Origin: Trichoplax adhaerens
Lineage: Eukaryota; Animalia; Placozoa
DNA: 64,000 bases
Assembly: GCF_000150275.1 (NCBI RefSeq)
Contig: NW_002060951.1
Span: forward strand, 2,528,491 to 2,592,490
Direction of reading: 5' to 3'
The number at the start of each line of letters is the position of its first letter. Position 1 is the stretch's first letter. Under the pieces are notes generated by a model. That model had not been told where the DNA came from and did no database searches. It saw nothing but the letters and a program-made list of their open reading frames with translations. Position numbers and translations under genes: made by a program. Shown here one piece after another: positions 1 to 13,417 of the stretch.

Positions 1-643
1 GCTAGGCTATTCCATATACAGTAAGTAAGGTACATTCGAGACCCGATTTTTATAGAAAAATTTTGAAATACTCGTATACATGTATAGATAGCGCTAAGTA
101 TCTGTTGAAGATTAAGGTGAACATATTGTTTTAGGCTATATTTAATGCTATTTTTACAACGTATAGTATAACACTACTGAACTAGTACTATAATATATAA
201 TTGGTATAATTAACGGATATAATCTTTCAATACATCGATTACACAATATACTACAAAATATCATAGCGTATGACAGGGGAAGATGCACTGGAAACCAGCT
301 ATGTCAACTGCTATTGATATATTTTACGCTTAATTTATAAGTTTACTTAGAAAAGAATGAATAGTTATCTAATTTTTGTATAAGTAAGTTGTGATTATTT
401 TCGACGTACAAAATTTATATACTAGGTCCACGGTGACATTACATTTAGTATTGGCTACAATGCTCAGCTAGTAACAGTATAGTAAGTAGGATCAACTGGT
501 TTTAATAATTAAGAAGAAATAATATTAAATAAACAAAAATATTGCTTAACCTGGGTACAGTAGTTATATCTCGTCAAATGGTGAACGTTTGCATTTACAG
601 TACTATACATAACACTATAATCTATTTATAAGGTATATCTCAC

Positions 644-1529
644 CAACAAATGCTTTGCTAAACTTCGTAGTTTGGCCGAGTGAATTGCTACAAGGTATAC
701 ATATGGTGAAACACTTTTCTTGAGCTGCAGATAGTTGATTGAAGAATTGATTCTGTATTAAGACGGGAATGCAGTAAGACGTGACTTAAATTATGCAATC
801 ATTAGTATCATATCATTGTCCGAGAGTACTCTCTCATTCCGCTAACATTATACAGCAGTATGCACTTATGAGGGATAGTAACAGTACAGTAAAGCATCAC
901 CAGTGCATTGTACTTTTAGATGTACCTGACTTTACATTGGTAAAATGTCCCATAGGCCATAAAATGCTGTAATCTACTGCATCTCACTATACTGCACTCG
1001 TTTCAAGTTGAACTTATGCATACGTTATTTTATATTTACGTGGCGTAAAATGTACTATACTGTATTCATTCCTAAACATTCTGCATAATCCTGTAATCGT
1101 AGATCTACTGTGTTTCACTTGTTTTTTACTTTTTTATAGCAATGTCGCCTTCCGTAGTAAACTTGATCAAAACTCCATCAGTCTGCCTTAAGTAGGCTCA
1201 TAATACGGTAGAAGCCTATTTGAAACCTTCAGAATTACTGCATAAATTGATCCATAGCAAGTTAGGGATCAATAACGATTGCAAGTTAGAAATAATCAAT
1301 AACCTCGGTTTCATCTATGACGCAAGTCCTCTATGCTGTACGGAAATATTATACTGTATTTTGCCTTTAAGCCAAAAGGGTTCTCAATACCGGCCGTACA
1401 GTACAAGACAAGTACTGTACAACAGACTGTAATATCACCTAGTATAATATGTTATTCGTTGATCTTATAGATATATTGCACCTGTAGCGCCTGATAAAAC
1501 GGATTAAATTCTAGATCTTCGCTCGCCAT
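644..1529 (-). CDS. ANKRD27: 5' exons of an ANKRD27/VARP-like gene; continues beyond the left edge
   Basis: Manual translation. Exon 1529-1482 is MASEDLEFNPFYQALQ|gt and exon 724-644 is (A)QEKCFTICIPCSNSLGQTTKFSKAFV|gt. These resemble the VARP N-terminus (EDL..NPFY.ALQ ... VLVPC.GSL). A small intervening exon was not resolved. Confidence 0.6.
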
Positions 1530-1602
1530 GTTAAGTATTCTGTCATCTTCTTAATAATTTTTAGTTCCTCTAGTTGGGTTCGATTCGAAACCAACGAAGC
1601 TA

Positions 1603-1830
1603 TAGTACTGTACTGTATACGGTAGAGTACAGTACGGTACTGTACGCAAGCAGGGATTTCTTGAGAACTCCTACAGTATGGAATCACTAAAACGGAGCCT
1701 ACAGTACAGTACAGTAAGACTTTTCTTTACAGTATTGTACTGTACTGAACTGTACTGTACTGTACTGTACAGTACTGTACAGCAGCAGAATTGTGCTCGC
1801 TCAAGTACGGTACAGTACAGTACAGTACGT
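1603..1830. repeat. Mixed (CAGTA/CTGTA)n pentamer array in the ANKRD27-like / NB-ARC-TPR divergent promoter
   Basis: Directly visible, e.g. tgtactgaactgtactgtactgtactgtacagtactgtacag. Confidence 0.9.
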
Positions 1831-1922
1831 TCAAGCGCTTATCGATTCTCGAATCTAACTAAAACTCGCCATGCAATTTTTGTGATATACGAGTACTAAG
1901 ATCTAAGTGTAGATTTGGTAAA

Positions 1923-4900
1923 ATGGCTAGGCAGATTGGTATGGTATTTTTGCGTCCGTCTAGATTGCGTATAGGTTTTCTTTTACTGAAGCCTAACATC
2001 CTCTTCAGTCAAGAAATTCGACTAGTTAATACAAGTACTAATGGCCAAAGCATGATCAGTAAATACATGGACAGAGCTCGCAATGTTTTCAATGAGCCTT
2101 TCGTTAAAATATCATTGATGGCTCTAGCTGCGGTTATGTCAGCTACAGCTCTATATGAATATTTATATCATGGCCCAGCTAAAAAGAAGAATAAGTTAGG
2201 AATTCAAATTTTACCAGCTTCACCAAATCATTTCTGTATCGAGGTATTTGCGTAAAAGTTTATAAACTGCTTTAGCAAATTTATCTGCGAGTACAGTACA
2301 GTATTCGCAAATGATACGTTGTATACGCAAGAAATAATAGACATGTCTTTCCTAAATTCCATATCATGATTATGCTCATAATCAAGTTATACTGTTGATT
2401 CGCTGTTCGTTTGGCTCAGATATTGTATATTTATAAATTGAACTAGATGAGTAGCTGTATTGTTGATGTACAGTGCCCTTAGGCCCCCTTACAGTATACG
2501 AGTAGGAATGATGAAGTCCAAGTAGTGATTGCCCCGAGACATTCATACGCATTTTGTCTCTTTCACCTTTCTGATCTCCGACAACAATTTGTAGAACTTA
2601 GTAATTAAAAAATGCTATCTACCAATCCTGAAAAATCGTCAAAGCTGCAAATAATGCTAAAATTCTATACTATACGGTACATTGTAAAGAGCATCCCTGT
2701 TGCTTCTCATATTACCGTACGAGTATTAGCAGTGTAAGATTGAAAACTACAGTATATAAGCACCCGTATACAGTAAGCTACGTGCATCTTCTCAGGTAAA
2801 TACGCTTTTACAGGAATTGGAGCATTTCTGTTTAAGAATGGAGGGTTCATATATGCATTTAAAAATTTCGTATAAAACTAGTTGTGGTTTAAATTTCGTA
2901 TACTTATGTTCTTATGATTAGCAGATATGCCTAGAATTTGCATGCATACATCAGTAACGTAAATCTATTATTATATTATTTGTCCAATCATTTAGAGAAA
3001 CGAATATATTTCACACTTGGAAAGCGAGTGTGGAAGTCTTCTTCGCTCGCTCTTCTTTAAGGATATAAAAACGATATTTCTAACTGGCCTAACAGCAAGT
3101 GGGAAAAGTCAGATTGCTAGATTCTATGCTGAGAAGTATTCTAAGAAATTTAGGTTTCCAGTAATAAAGCCTCCGGTTATTGGTAAATATGACATGACTA
3201 TGATTCAATTTAAATCAAAGTATCTCAATAAGTTTCTATCGAAACATGGTCTGATGTAATAAAAATTGCATTTAAATTTATGTCTGTAATATTACTCTAC
3301 TATATTCTAGCAACTCTTTCTGGTAATAGTATAGAAGATTACTTATCATCAATAAGATCATTAGCAATTGAATTGGGATCTACGCCCTCAGAATGGTCAC
3401 GAGAATCTGACAATGGTATTTTATTCTCAAACCTTCCCGTTCCGCGTCAAATAGAAATTCTTGTGGAAGAAGTTTCTCAGAAGTTAAAAATGGCTGGTAG
3501 ATGGTTATTAATTATTGATGATCTAAAGTCTGATTGTGGTATAAAGCAAGCGTGGTGGCCACAACCCGACCAAGATAATATTTGGGGTAAAGGTTGCGTT
3601 TTAATAACATGTGAAGAAGCATTAACGCCTAAGGTTATCGAACAGACTTACAAAGCATCAAGAATTCTGAATGTAGACAAAAAGTAGGAATTATGTTGTT
3701 TGAATTATTTAGCCTTGTAGTGATACACAAAAAAATACAGCTTTTTGATTTTTGGCGTACATTTCGTTCTCATGTGAATTGTTATATTTTAGGTTAACGG
3801 AGTCGGAGGCACTGTCCTTATTACATCAAATGAATGAAGATAAAGTTTCTGCCAACGCGGCTACGTTAGTGAATGAATTGCTGTATTCGCCTTTAGCTAT
3901 ATCTCTTGCTGCCAGTTACATAAAATCCAAAAATGAAAACACAGCACAAGATAGTATATATGACTGCAGCAATTTTATTGAGGAATTTAAAGCGATAAAA
4001 TCCGATATTTTACGACACTGGAACAGTGATCGGCTCGAAAATAACGCATCTTTTACTGATAAAATTGTTGCTAGTATGTGCCTTCAGCAATATGGTAAAG
4101 CTGATTCACAGATGCACTCCACATTTGATATTTTGGGTGCGCTAGAACCTAGAAGACCCATTCCAATGGCTATGGTAGAAACTTTCATAAGAGACAATGA
4201 AGTTCTGAACTTTAGGCTTAAGTCACGTACAACTAAATTAGATACCACTAATAGTGACCTTAAGTCATTAGAAGTTACCCCACCAGGAGAACAAATATCG
4301 AGTATTGAAAATATAGATAATTCAGAAAATGAAGACTCAGACGACTCTGGTGTAATTCGTACTTTCATTACTAAAGGGAAGGAAATTTATCGTACTTATT
4401 TCTCAAATCCATCTTCAAATAACGGAGATAAGAACCCAAAAGAGATTCAAGATGACAGTAGTCCTATTTATCGGTGTCCTTTACTCTCATGTAACTTAAA
4501 TGGCGACATTAAAACGGTATCTATTCATCCTGTAATACACTCTGTTATGCAAAAATGGTATTTTCTAATGACTATACCAATAATGGAAAAACTATATGTA
4601 TCTGAACAAAGAGTTGAAAGTAAAAGTTCGTGGTTTGGCCAAATTAAAAAATTTGATGAAACTGCGTGCCTAGAAGGGTATCGTGGAAGATTATGCGATC
4701 AATTCAATTTAAAATTAGAACCATCTAATTATGACGAACTTCGTAATGTGACTGATCAAACTAATTTAATACATAAATTAGTAACAGCATCGAACATGTT
4801 GCACACACCTTATAGCAAAGCACAACAGTATTCTCTGCTACGTCGTATCGGTAAATCTGCTATAACTGTCACGAAAAATCGCCGTTCGGAAATTGTATAT

Positions 4901-5662
4901 CGTAAATCATGTAAGTTACTTCTTCCACATTTCGCTTATCTGATGAGACATCTACAGGTGGTCGATTTAAAGAATTTCTCAGAATTGTTAGATATAGTAG
5001 CTATGATTCATTCAGATGTATTAAGTGAGGACTTACGCAGCGTTGAAATGTTTAAAAATTCATTACTTATAAAAAGGAAAATACATGGAGATAAACATTA
5101 CGAAACTGCTCACACTTTAACTCTTTTAGGAATAGTTCTGAATTCCCTTAATAGATTGGATGATAGCAAAACAACTTTGGAAGAAGCTTTATCAATCTAC
5201 AATTCGTTACCCACCAAAAAGATGCCGGACCCACAACATGTCCGAAACCTTGCTACTACTCTATCTACGCTAGGTGTCGTTTGTAGCAATTTAGGAGAAC
5301 ATAAGCGCAGTCGTGACTTACTAGAACGTGCTCTATCCTTAATGCAATCCATTCAACCCCAGAATGCACTCGGTTTGGCAAACGACGAAATATTTAATCA
5401 TGCCGCTGATGTAGCGACAATGTTAACAGATATTGGCCATTCATACTTACTTAATGGTGAAACAAGCTATGGCCATCGACTGTTGCAATTTGCACTAAAT
5501 ATTCATCAAAATATCCATGGCGAAGAACATTATGAAGTAGTTCGAACCTTAACGGTCCTAAGTATAGCTCAAATGATCCAAGGGTTTCATGAAGATAGCA
5601 GAAAATCTCGTGATCGTGCAGGGGCTATTCGAGGATCTTTGAATGCTAACGTTTTAGTCTAA
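1923..5662 (+). CDS. STAND-class (NB-ARC-like) P-loop NTPase with C-terminal TPR repeats and an N-terminal presequence/TM segment
   Basis: Four exons join in frame with GT-AG introns: 1923-2243, 2996-3182, 3311-3683, 3793-5662. Walker A GLTASGKS, Walker B WLLIIDD, 'VLIT' sensor, YSPLAISLAASYI (GLPL-like). Kinesin-light-chain-type TPRs (HGDKHYETAHTLTLLG; HGEEHYEVVRTL). Confidence 0.85.
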
Positions 5663-8014
5663 GAACAAGTTTGTTATCGCATCGATGTTCCTCTTACTAT
5701 GACAGCTTTTAATAATTTTTGCTATTGTTTATCGAATTATCATATCGTTGTTATACTGTAACAGCTAAAATAATAACACTTTAAAAAGTAAACCACATAT
5801 CGATCGGTATATTGCCACATAATATAATACGTTCTCAGTTTTATCTTACCTTTCGGATCTGTATGCATGTTTTCATAACAGCGCTTCATAATGTCTAGAA
5901 TGTACTATTAAATTTTATCTCTACTGCTCGTAAGAGACAGTTTTGATTTAAAATAATGAAAATTATTTTAATAACATGGGCTATATCTTGATTTGGCTGC
6001 AAGAGAATAAAAGTTTTATTTATACAAAATATGGTAATAGCCCAAAGTGTTGATGTTGTAAAATATTTCATTATTTGATCAATCAGAATCTTTAGTATAA
6101 TTAGCTATTAAGCGACTTATTATCAGCTCTATTTGTACATATGTTTTAGTAGCTATGGTAATATTTTGTTTAACAATTAACAAAGCATTGTACTGTATAC
6201 ATTGTAAGTTACATTAACTTTACTGTGGCATAATTGAGCTTGATGAAGTGTGTTACATTTACAATGTACATGTACAGACCAGACTAAGGACATATCTACT
6301 TATCCAATGATGATTAAATAAGCCGTTATATCCCAGCATAATTTTCATTTATTTACCATTCAAAGTAAATATCTAAATTTTCTTGAGTATGAGTATATTG
6401 TATGCATTTTATAAATTTGCAACCTAACAACACGCTAAAATCTCTTACTTACTATTTTGTCTATACAGTCTAGGGTCGTTTAAAATTAGCTAAAGTCATG
6501 TTTTTAATTTATTGCGTCGATATTCTAATATTCAGAGCATTAGACATTATACCCGCGAAGTCTGTATCTTGTGTACTAATGTCGTCAGAAGGATAAAATA
6601 GTAAGTTAAAAGCGTGACTTTAGCCAGTTGTAAACGGCAGCGCTGTACGCAGGTATTCGTTTATCTGATGGTAGTAGATTACGATTGTAGTGATCAGCGC
6701 TATGTTCATATAACTCCCAGAAATCCTATGAATCGTTTCTAATTATAGAAATCTGTAGCCTGTAGCTACCTTGTTTAGGTAAAAATTGTATATTTTTGAC
6801 TTTGACATTATGCTAATTTTATTATATCCTATTACAGTATTTGACGGATAAAAAATCTACCAATATTCTTACTTACTACAGTACAGTATAATGACTTTAA
6901 AAACAAATGTATAGCGTCAAAGTTCGGAGTGGCATGTAACTCCGATGCAATGCACTACCGCATAGTAAGACAAAGCTAACAATCTCTATTTTGCTCCTTG
7001 TTGTTTAATCCTACACAGACTTAATATTTGTAAACTTACATGTGTGATACGAAATGATATTATAATTTATTCATTACACAGTAAACATTTACATATTAGG
7101 AAGAAATAAAATTTTAACGCTAATCTAAACTCAATAACAGTTTATAGTGACATTAATGTAACAATTCTGTGGTAGAGCTAAAAAACAGTAGCAACTATTA
7201 TTGTACAATAATACAGATTTACGTACAACGATTCAAGCAAAAATTTAAATATCCTGATATACAGGTATCCGGGTAACTACTATTTGTAACTATTAAAATT
7301 CAGCAAAAAAGTGCCGTGCAGAAGAACCGTTGCCCGTCTACAGTACGGACTACTTGTCTATGGGCACATAATTACTATACCGATAAAACATTGAACTAAT
7401 ACCCTAGTAAGGATTCATAAAATAAACCCATGTGAGGTATGGTAAGCATAACAAGCCGTCCAACATAAGCATCAAAGTACAAGGGAGAAAGGAAAAATTA
7501 TCTAATTACAATTATACACATTGAATGGTATATATTCGAGTTTTACATTGTTCAAAAATCCACCAATTCATCTTTCACTATAAAACTGTAGGCTTCCATG
7601 GTGAGACTTTCTTTTAAACAACTTATGGTACAAAATAATTATCGCAAGTTGGTTACAACTGTTCGAATATAAATAAATACAAAACACGAAAAGCGTAATA
7701 GATAGCAAGAAAAATTTCCGTTTGTTTAATAAATACTACGGATTTGTACAATGCTGTACCTGCTTACTATATAATGACCTGTATAGCATAATCTCCCTAC
7801 TGAACACTGCATCATTTACAAACTCATTTAAGAAACCGGCTGTCGATAGGGCAAACCTAAATTCATAAAATTTCATATTGTAACCTTCAACAATAAATTA
7901 CTATATTTGTTGTCTTCCAGTGTACACCACAGTATTTGACATTATCAAATGGTGTTTTAATTAACTTTGGTATCAAGAAACCTCCACTAGCAGTTTGGAT
8001 ATCGTGTTATAACT

Positions 8015-11000
8015 TCATTGCCACTGAGGAACACTTTGTGCCAACCGACGCATTCGTCTATTAAAAGTTGTTATGCATATGAATATATTAAAATTTTTAA
8101 CCTGAACGGTACTATACTACAACCGAATGAACGTTTTATCATGATACTGTTCACTGAGATTAATTATTAAGCTAATATATCCAAATGTACCGAGTATTCC
8201 TGTCCTGATCACGAATTTTCTTTTCCATCTCAGCATCTGTGAGTGTTTCCAATACCGGGGACCAGTGATCGACTTCAGTCACCGGACGAATAGCGTACTC
8301 TAGTTGAGGTAATTGAGTTTCGCTGAAGGCGTAAGTCTTCATGTGCCAAGCGATCTAATCCGATTGTTCACATAAAGTGAAGGAATTAATAGTCAAAATA
8401 ATCTAAATTGTGACTATACTGCCATGTGCTACGCTGTATTAATCTTACCTGCCCCCGAATGCTATAGGCGATAGCGGTTACAAATTCTCCGCCCAATCCA
8501 AGGTCTTTACACAGATTTAATGCGAATTCTTCCGGCGTATTATCAGAGTTCGATATGTCCCATTCGAACTGGTCCACCAAAGATACATTTCCAATGTTGA
8601 TATTTAACTGTAATACACGTATTTATTCGTGATCAGCAGGAATAAGTATGTACAGTATATCGGCTTGTAACCTTACAAACAAGATCCTTGATAACCGTAT
8701 ACTAGTAAGTATTACATTATAAATAATTATTAATAGAATATGCATACTTTGATAACTACTCTTTGATCTGTTGCATAATCTTCCAGAGGAAGATTTGAAT
8801 TTTGTTCTAATTGGTTTTTAATCGAGGTGGCAATGGCAGGAACAAAGGCAGGTGAAGGTAGCTCCAGGTCATCACATAAAACTTCGGCGAATTGCTCCGG
8901 TTGAATAAGTTTTTCTTCAATGGTAGCAAAAGAATGAAATTAAGAAATCGCTTTACCTAAAAGTTAGCTTTAACGAGTTACCATTTTTATTCCAAACAAA
9001 GAAATCTCGCAGTCGCTGCCCTTCAACATCTAGATCTATCCTAACTGGTACCAGATCTTCAGAGTCATTAGCAGCTTCGAATAAAGACGATGGGAAGTAA
9101 TCGGTATACCTATTAAAGAGAAATAGGAATTCTATACAGATAAATATTTATTTATATACCAAATATAGTTAAAGATGGGTAATAATGATCTCCTATGTTG
9201 CGTCATAAGTCTAAGAATAATTAATTAATGAAGTCATTAATTTTCTCTACATCTAAAACAAACGATGCGTACAAGATTGGGAAGCTCTTGGTTTTCCTAG
9301 CAGTAGATCTGGGTCGAATAATAGGGGTCGATAAAGCTACAGCATCCAAATGTGAAGTTGCAGGTAGCTGAGGGGTCCAGGCTGTGGTAGAACTTCTACT
9401 TGAACGAGCTGGCTTCGGCGGAACAGAATTTACGGTCGAATTTGATTCTGTAGGTGACATTTTAAATTTTTCGTCGTTTCCCTCGAGGATATCTTCTACT
9501 TCTGTCTGTTTTATCAATGTTACATTAGTAGCAACCAAAGTGTGATCTAGTTCAAATATTAAACCAAAGAGAAATTTATCAGATCAAGAATTGTTAATCC
9601 ATGTCGACAAATAGGTATCTCATGATACAAACTCCAAGATAGCTAATCATTAGGATTGCATTGTTCGGGTATCTATACTATTTTTACAGTTAAGTTAGTA
9701 CTGTATAGTAATGTGTCAGAAAATCAAGACATATATTGCACTCAGGTAACTGAGTGCCGCTAACGTCGTGCAGAGTACAGGTAAATAGAACCTTATAAAT
9801 TGCGTATTGAGCATAATATATTGCTATGATAATTATAATTGCTGTTGGGCACTAGGGATAATTTCAGTTAAATTATTCGTATACGATCTCATATGTATTG
9901 TACTTTGATCTAGTAATTTCATATTAGCAGCTATATTCAAATTATAACATTTATAGTATACTGTACATAAGCGTACAGCCAATAGCAATTAACAAAATGA
10001 GAAAACCAGTAAAATTATTGTTCAGCACGTCAACAGACTCACGTGTTTAAAATTTCTAGCAATGGGAATATTAGAACATTACAAGGGAATTTGAAAAACT
10101 GAAGTTACTAAACGGTTTATCATATGCAGCATGCAGTAAATACTGTATGTCTTGCAGCTGATACTGCAATTAGCAGACGTGCAGAGCTAGTTATTTACTT
10201 GTTGCATAATAAATAATGTTGTATAGAACGCTGTATATGACATTTCACGACATAAAATAAGTACTGCCACTTCGTATGCGCATGGTATGCGCAAGAATAT
10301 TTTAATTACGCCGGTGGTACGATGAGTGACCAAACATGGCATCATTATTAATTAGGACCAGTCATGTACGGTAGTGTTTAGAATGTTGATGCTGACAAAT
10401 TTCTGCTGAGTAAAGAATGATTAAGACCACTACAATTACTAACTAATTTCCGGAGGCGTACAGTAGCGGCGGAGTATAACATTTAAATAATAGTGAGTAT
10501 TCATATAAAATAGTGCTATAAACTGTATAGTTATCACCTGAGTTTACAGTTAGCCTTTAAGAAATTAAGGTATTCAACATTTGTAATTAGCTACATCTAA
10601 CATCCAACTCTCAGATCTTATTCAATCTCTTGACATAGGTAACTTCAGGTACAAGATAGATGCTATCTGTGATGGCGAATATAAGTAAAAATCTTATGAA
10701 AGGAAACCTATTCAACTGCTACAAATATCGACAAGCATCAAAGCATCATTGATTTCGAAAACTACTTACAAGTAATCAAGCATACGATTGTAAAATCTGT
10801 ACTTTGCGCCTTTCTACTTTCAATTGTACAGTACTGTACTATACTATACTATACTATAAGTACTACACTGCACATCAAGAAAAATTATCTATCCCTACTT
10901 ATTACCCTTACTTGGTGCTGGTTATATGATAACAAGAAACCTGCGCTCATAGGGCTGATTCCCACTCAGCAAAAGATAACTAGGAACATACAGTACTTCA

Positions 11001-12115
11001 GTGGCAATTAGGCCAATGAGCGCACATTTCCAGTTGGCATTTATCCAGCACCGTACTAAAGTCGCACCTTTTAAATTACAGTATACTGTAGTGTGCATCG
11101 ATATCTATCAATAAAATGTCTAGCATGGGACCTTATTGTGTAAAGTGCTGGATTTGCTTTATTTATTGTAACATACTTCTGTTGCAGCTATCTCAGGTCT
11201 TCACTGTAAATGCTTACTATGTCATTGCCAATAACGGCTAGCACTATATTTAATGATAGTATGCAAGTATACAGCGAAACAAGTAAAATAATCATTTCTA
11301 TCCAAAAAATACATATTTAAAACTTCGGCGTTTGTGACATGGTAGTCTATCTACTGTGCCATCGAGTTACATTTAATCTATTACTAATGACTACAGTATA
11401 CCGTACATAAATATGTGTTGTCAGCAGTCCTTGAACGTAAACATCTACTGTATTCTAGTGTGGCATGCATACAGTACAGTACTCGTAGAGTAACAGCAAT
11501 ATTGCTAGAACTTACATCTTTAAATCAAAATTAATGCACGGATACCGTCACTTAATAGCTGTATTTGATTTACTGTTGTATCCTATACTTACAGTATCTT
11601 AAGATTAAGAGGATTGTAAAGTCGATGACAAAAAACTCAATTTACTGGACACACTTTAGCATCCCTATCTCACTAACACTGTACTGTACAATACTGTACA
11701 ATGTACATTAAAGAGAACATAAGTACAGTGTACTGTATAGTATATATAAAGAAAGAATGCTACTACAGTTGGTAGTATCGTAGACTTTTAGATTTTTGGT
11801 AAAATCGAAAAGTCCGTGGTAGCATAAGCGAGTTTCCTAGTACAGTAATGGTAATGTTAGCTGTGCACAGTGCGAACAAAGAAACAAAGTGAACAGTGAT
11901 TAGCAAGGGTCAAAATAGCGCGAAATACCGAAGCCAATCTTTTTCCTCTCTTCGAAAGTTGCTACGCGACGCCACAGTCCCGGATATTTCTTGTACAAAG
12001 AACCCCGAAATAATCGTAAATACGTTCCAACTTCCGAACCAATCATATAATATTCTCCATCATCAGTCAACTGGAATGCTCGTGGCTTGCTGCCATAGGT
12101 TTTTGGCAGAGCCAT
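8015..12115 (-). CDS. SMARCB1: SWI/SNF subunit SNF5/SMARCB1
   Basis: N-terminus [12 protein letters not shown]...[23 protein letters not shown]; SNF5 repeat DQFEWD...[26 protein letters not shown]; spliced C-terminus [20 protein letters not shown]. Intron 1 spans about 9547-11928. Confidence 0.97.
10914..11052. other. Long imperfect inverted repeat (53-bp arms, no indels) in SMARCB1 intron 1
   Basis: Left arm ggtgctggttatatgataacaagaaacctgcgctcatagggctgattcccact. Reverse complement of the right arm ggtgctggataaatgccaactggaaatgtgcgctcattggcctaattgccact. Confidence 0.85.
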
Positions 12116-12163
12116 GTTTTATTCAGCTAGAAATGGAAACGAGCTATTACGCTACATTGCCTT

Positions 12164-13100
12164 ACAGTATAATGCTTTACAGTACAGTACAGTACTGTAC
12201 TGTAAAGTTTTAACTATACAGTACTGTACTGTACTGTACAGTACAGTACAGTACCGTACGATCCTTCTGGCTCTTTTCTGTACTGTACAGTACAGTACAG
12301 TGGCAGTTCTGTGTTGTACTGTACCCTGTACTGTACAGTACAGTACTTCACACTCATACTGTACAATAGCAGTTCTGTATTGTAGTACTGTACTGTATGA
12401 CTGTAAATGTTGAACTCCGTTTGTTATACTGAAGAAGTGTTTCATTCTTGTACTGCGATTTCTCTACTACGTATCCTGAGTGATTGCGTGGAATGTTCTT
12501 TAATTAATTGATATACAGTACAGTATACTGTACTGTATTACCCGTACATCCACAATGTCAAGAAAGATTGCAGATGTTCCTCCTTTAATATATGGCTGAT
12601 TTACGACCTTACATAACTGTTTCTAGGCAGAATTTTTTAGTAACAGACAATAAGATTCAATTACTTAATTTAGAATGAATCAGTCAGAATTGACCGCCTG
12701 CATTACGAAGTGTTTGGCACAATATTTTGACGAGATGTGACCGGAAATGTCTGTCCTTCCAAGGGAGATCAGTCCAGGTCTTCTTCTGGTAATGAGAATG
12801 GAGAGAGGTTTCAAAAAACTGAACTAATGTACTGTACTGTACAGTACATACTGTGGTACTGTCAGTGCTTGCCGTAGTACTGTGCCCTGTACACTGAGTG
12901 TACACTGTACACTGTACAGTATAGTAGATTTTTTGCAGTTCTTACAGATTCGTAAAGTGCAGTACTTTGTCATACTCACTCTACTATAAATTACTAAAGT
13001 TTCGGTACCATATCAGTACAGTATGTAACATGGACTACTAGAATTCCTCTTCATAGTCCATATGTAATACATGAATACTCGTATACTGTACTGTACAGTA
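12164..13100. repeat. Clusters of (CAGTA/CTGTA)n in the SMARCB1/CDK10 bidirectional promoter
   Basis: Dense arrays at about 12164-12404, 12514-12537, 12829-12925 and 13081-13100. Confidence 0.9.
12707..12777. repeat. Copy 1 of a dispersed 71-bp promoter element
   Basis: 58/71 identical and ungapped versus 57852-57922 (manual alignment). Confidence 0.85.
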
Positions 13101-13417
13101 GTAAAATTCAAAAATGAGATTGAAGGATATCTTTTTAAGAAGTAGCTAGTCGAACTAGAGACTACTCGACTCATTTCGAATTCACTCGGATCCACGCTCG
13201 TTATATTGTATTTTACGCACTGTATATACTTGCACTTTTTACTCTACAATGTAATCGTATAAAGAGATCATCGAAAACTTTCTGCCATGCACAATATTTT
13301 ATTGTTCCAGATTAGAGCTAGTGTTTCCCGTGCAAGCTACTTTATAATTTCATCACACGAACAATCTAGGTACTGTACGGCATTATAACTCCAAAACCTG
13401 TAAACTGGTTGATTAGA

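Noticed and set aside
1678-1899. ORFs rich in YSTV/VLYC (also 12114-12445, 44491-45202, 51969-52279)
   Set aside because: These are translations of the CAGTA/CTGTA arrays, not proteins.
4084-4368. Antisense ORFs (also 13570-13821, 11896-12213, 26352-26672, 42544-42762, 60102-60296)
   Set aside because: They are shadows of real exons on the opposite strand.
7857-7982. Possible 3'UTR intron downstream of the SMARCB1 stop
   Set aside because: Splice-like signals only; cannot be supported without transcript data.
12684-12905. Similar peptides in ORFs 12684-12905 and 57829-58131 (HF..H.VKIL.QTL)
   Set aside because: The similarity comes from the shared 71-bp DNA element. The flanks are repeat-derived, so a protein family is unlikely.
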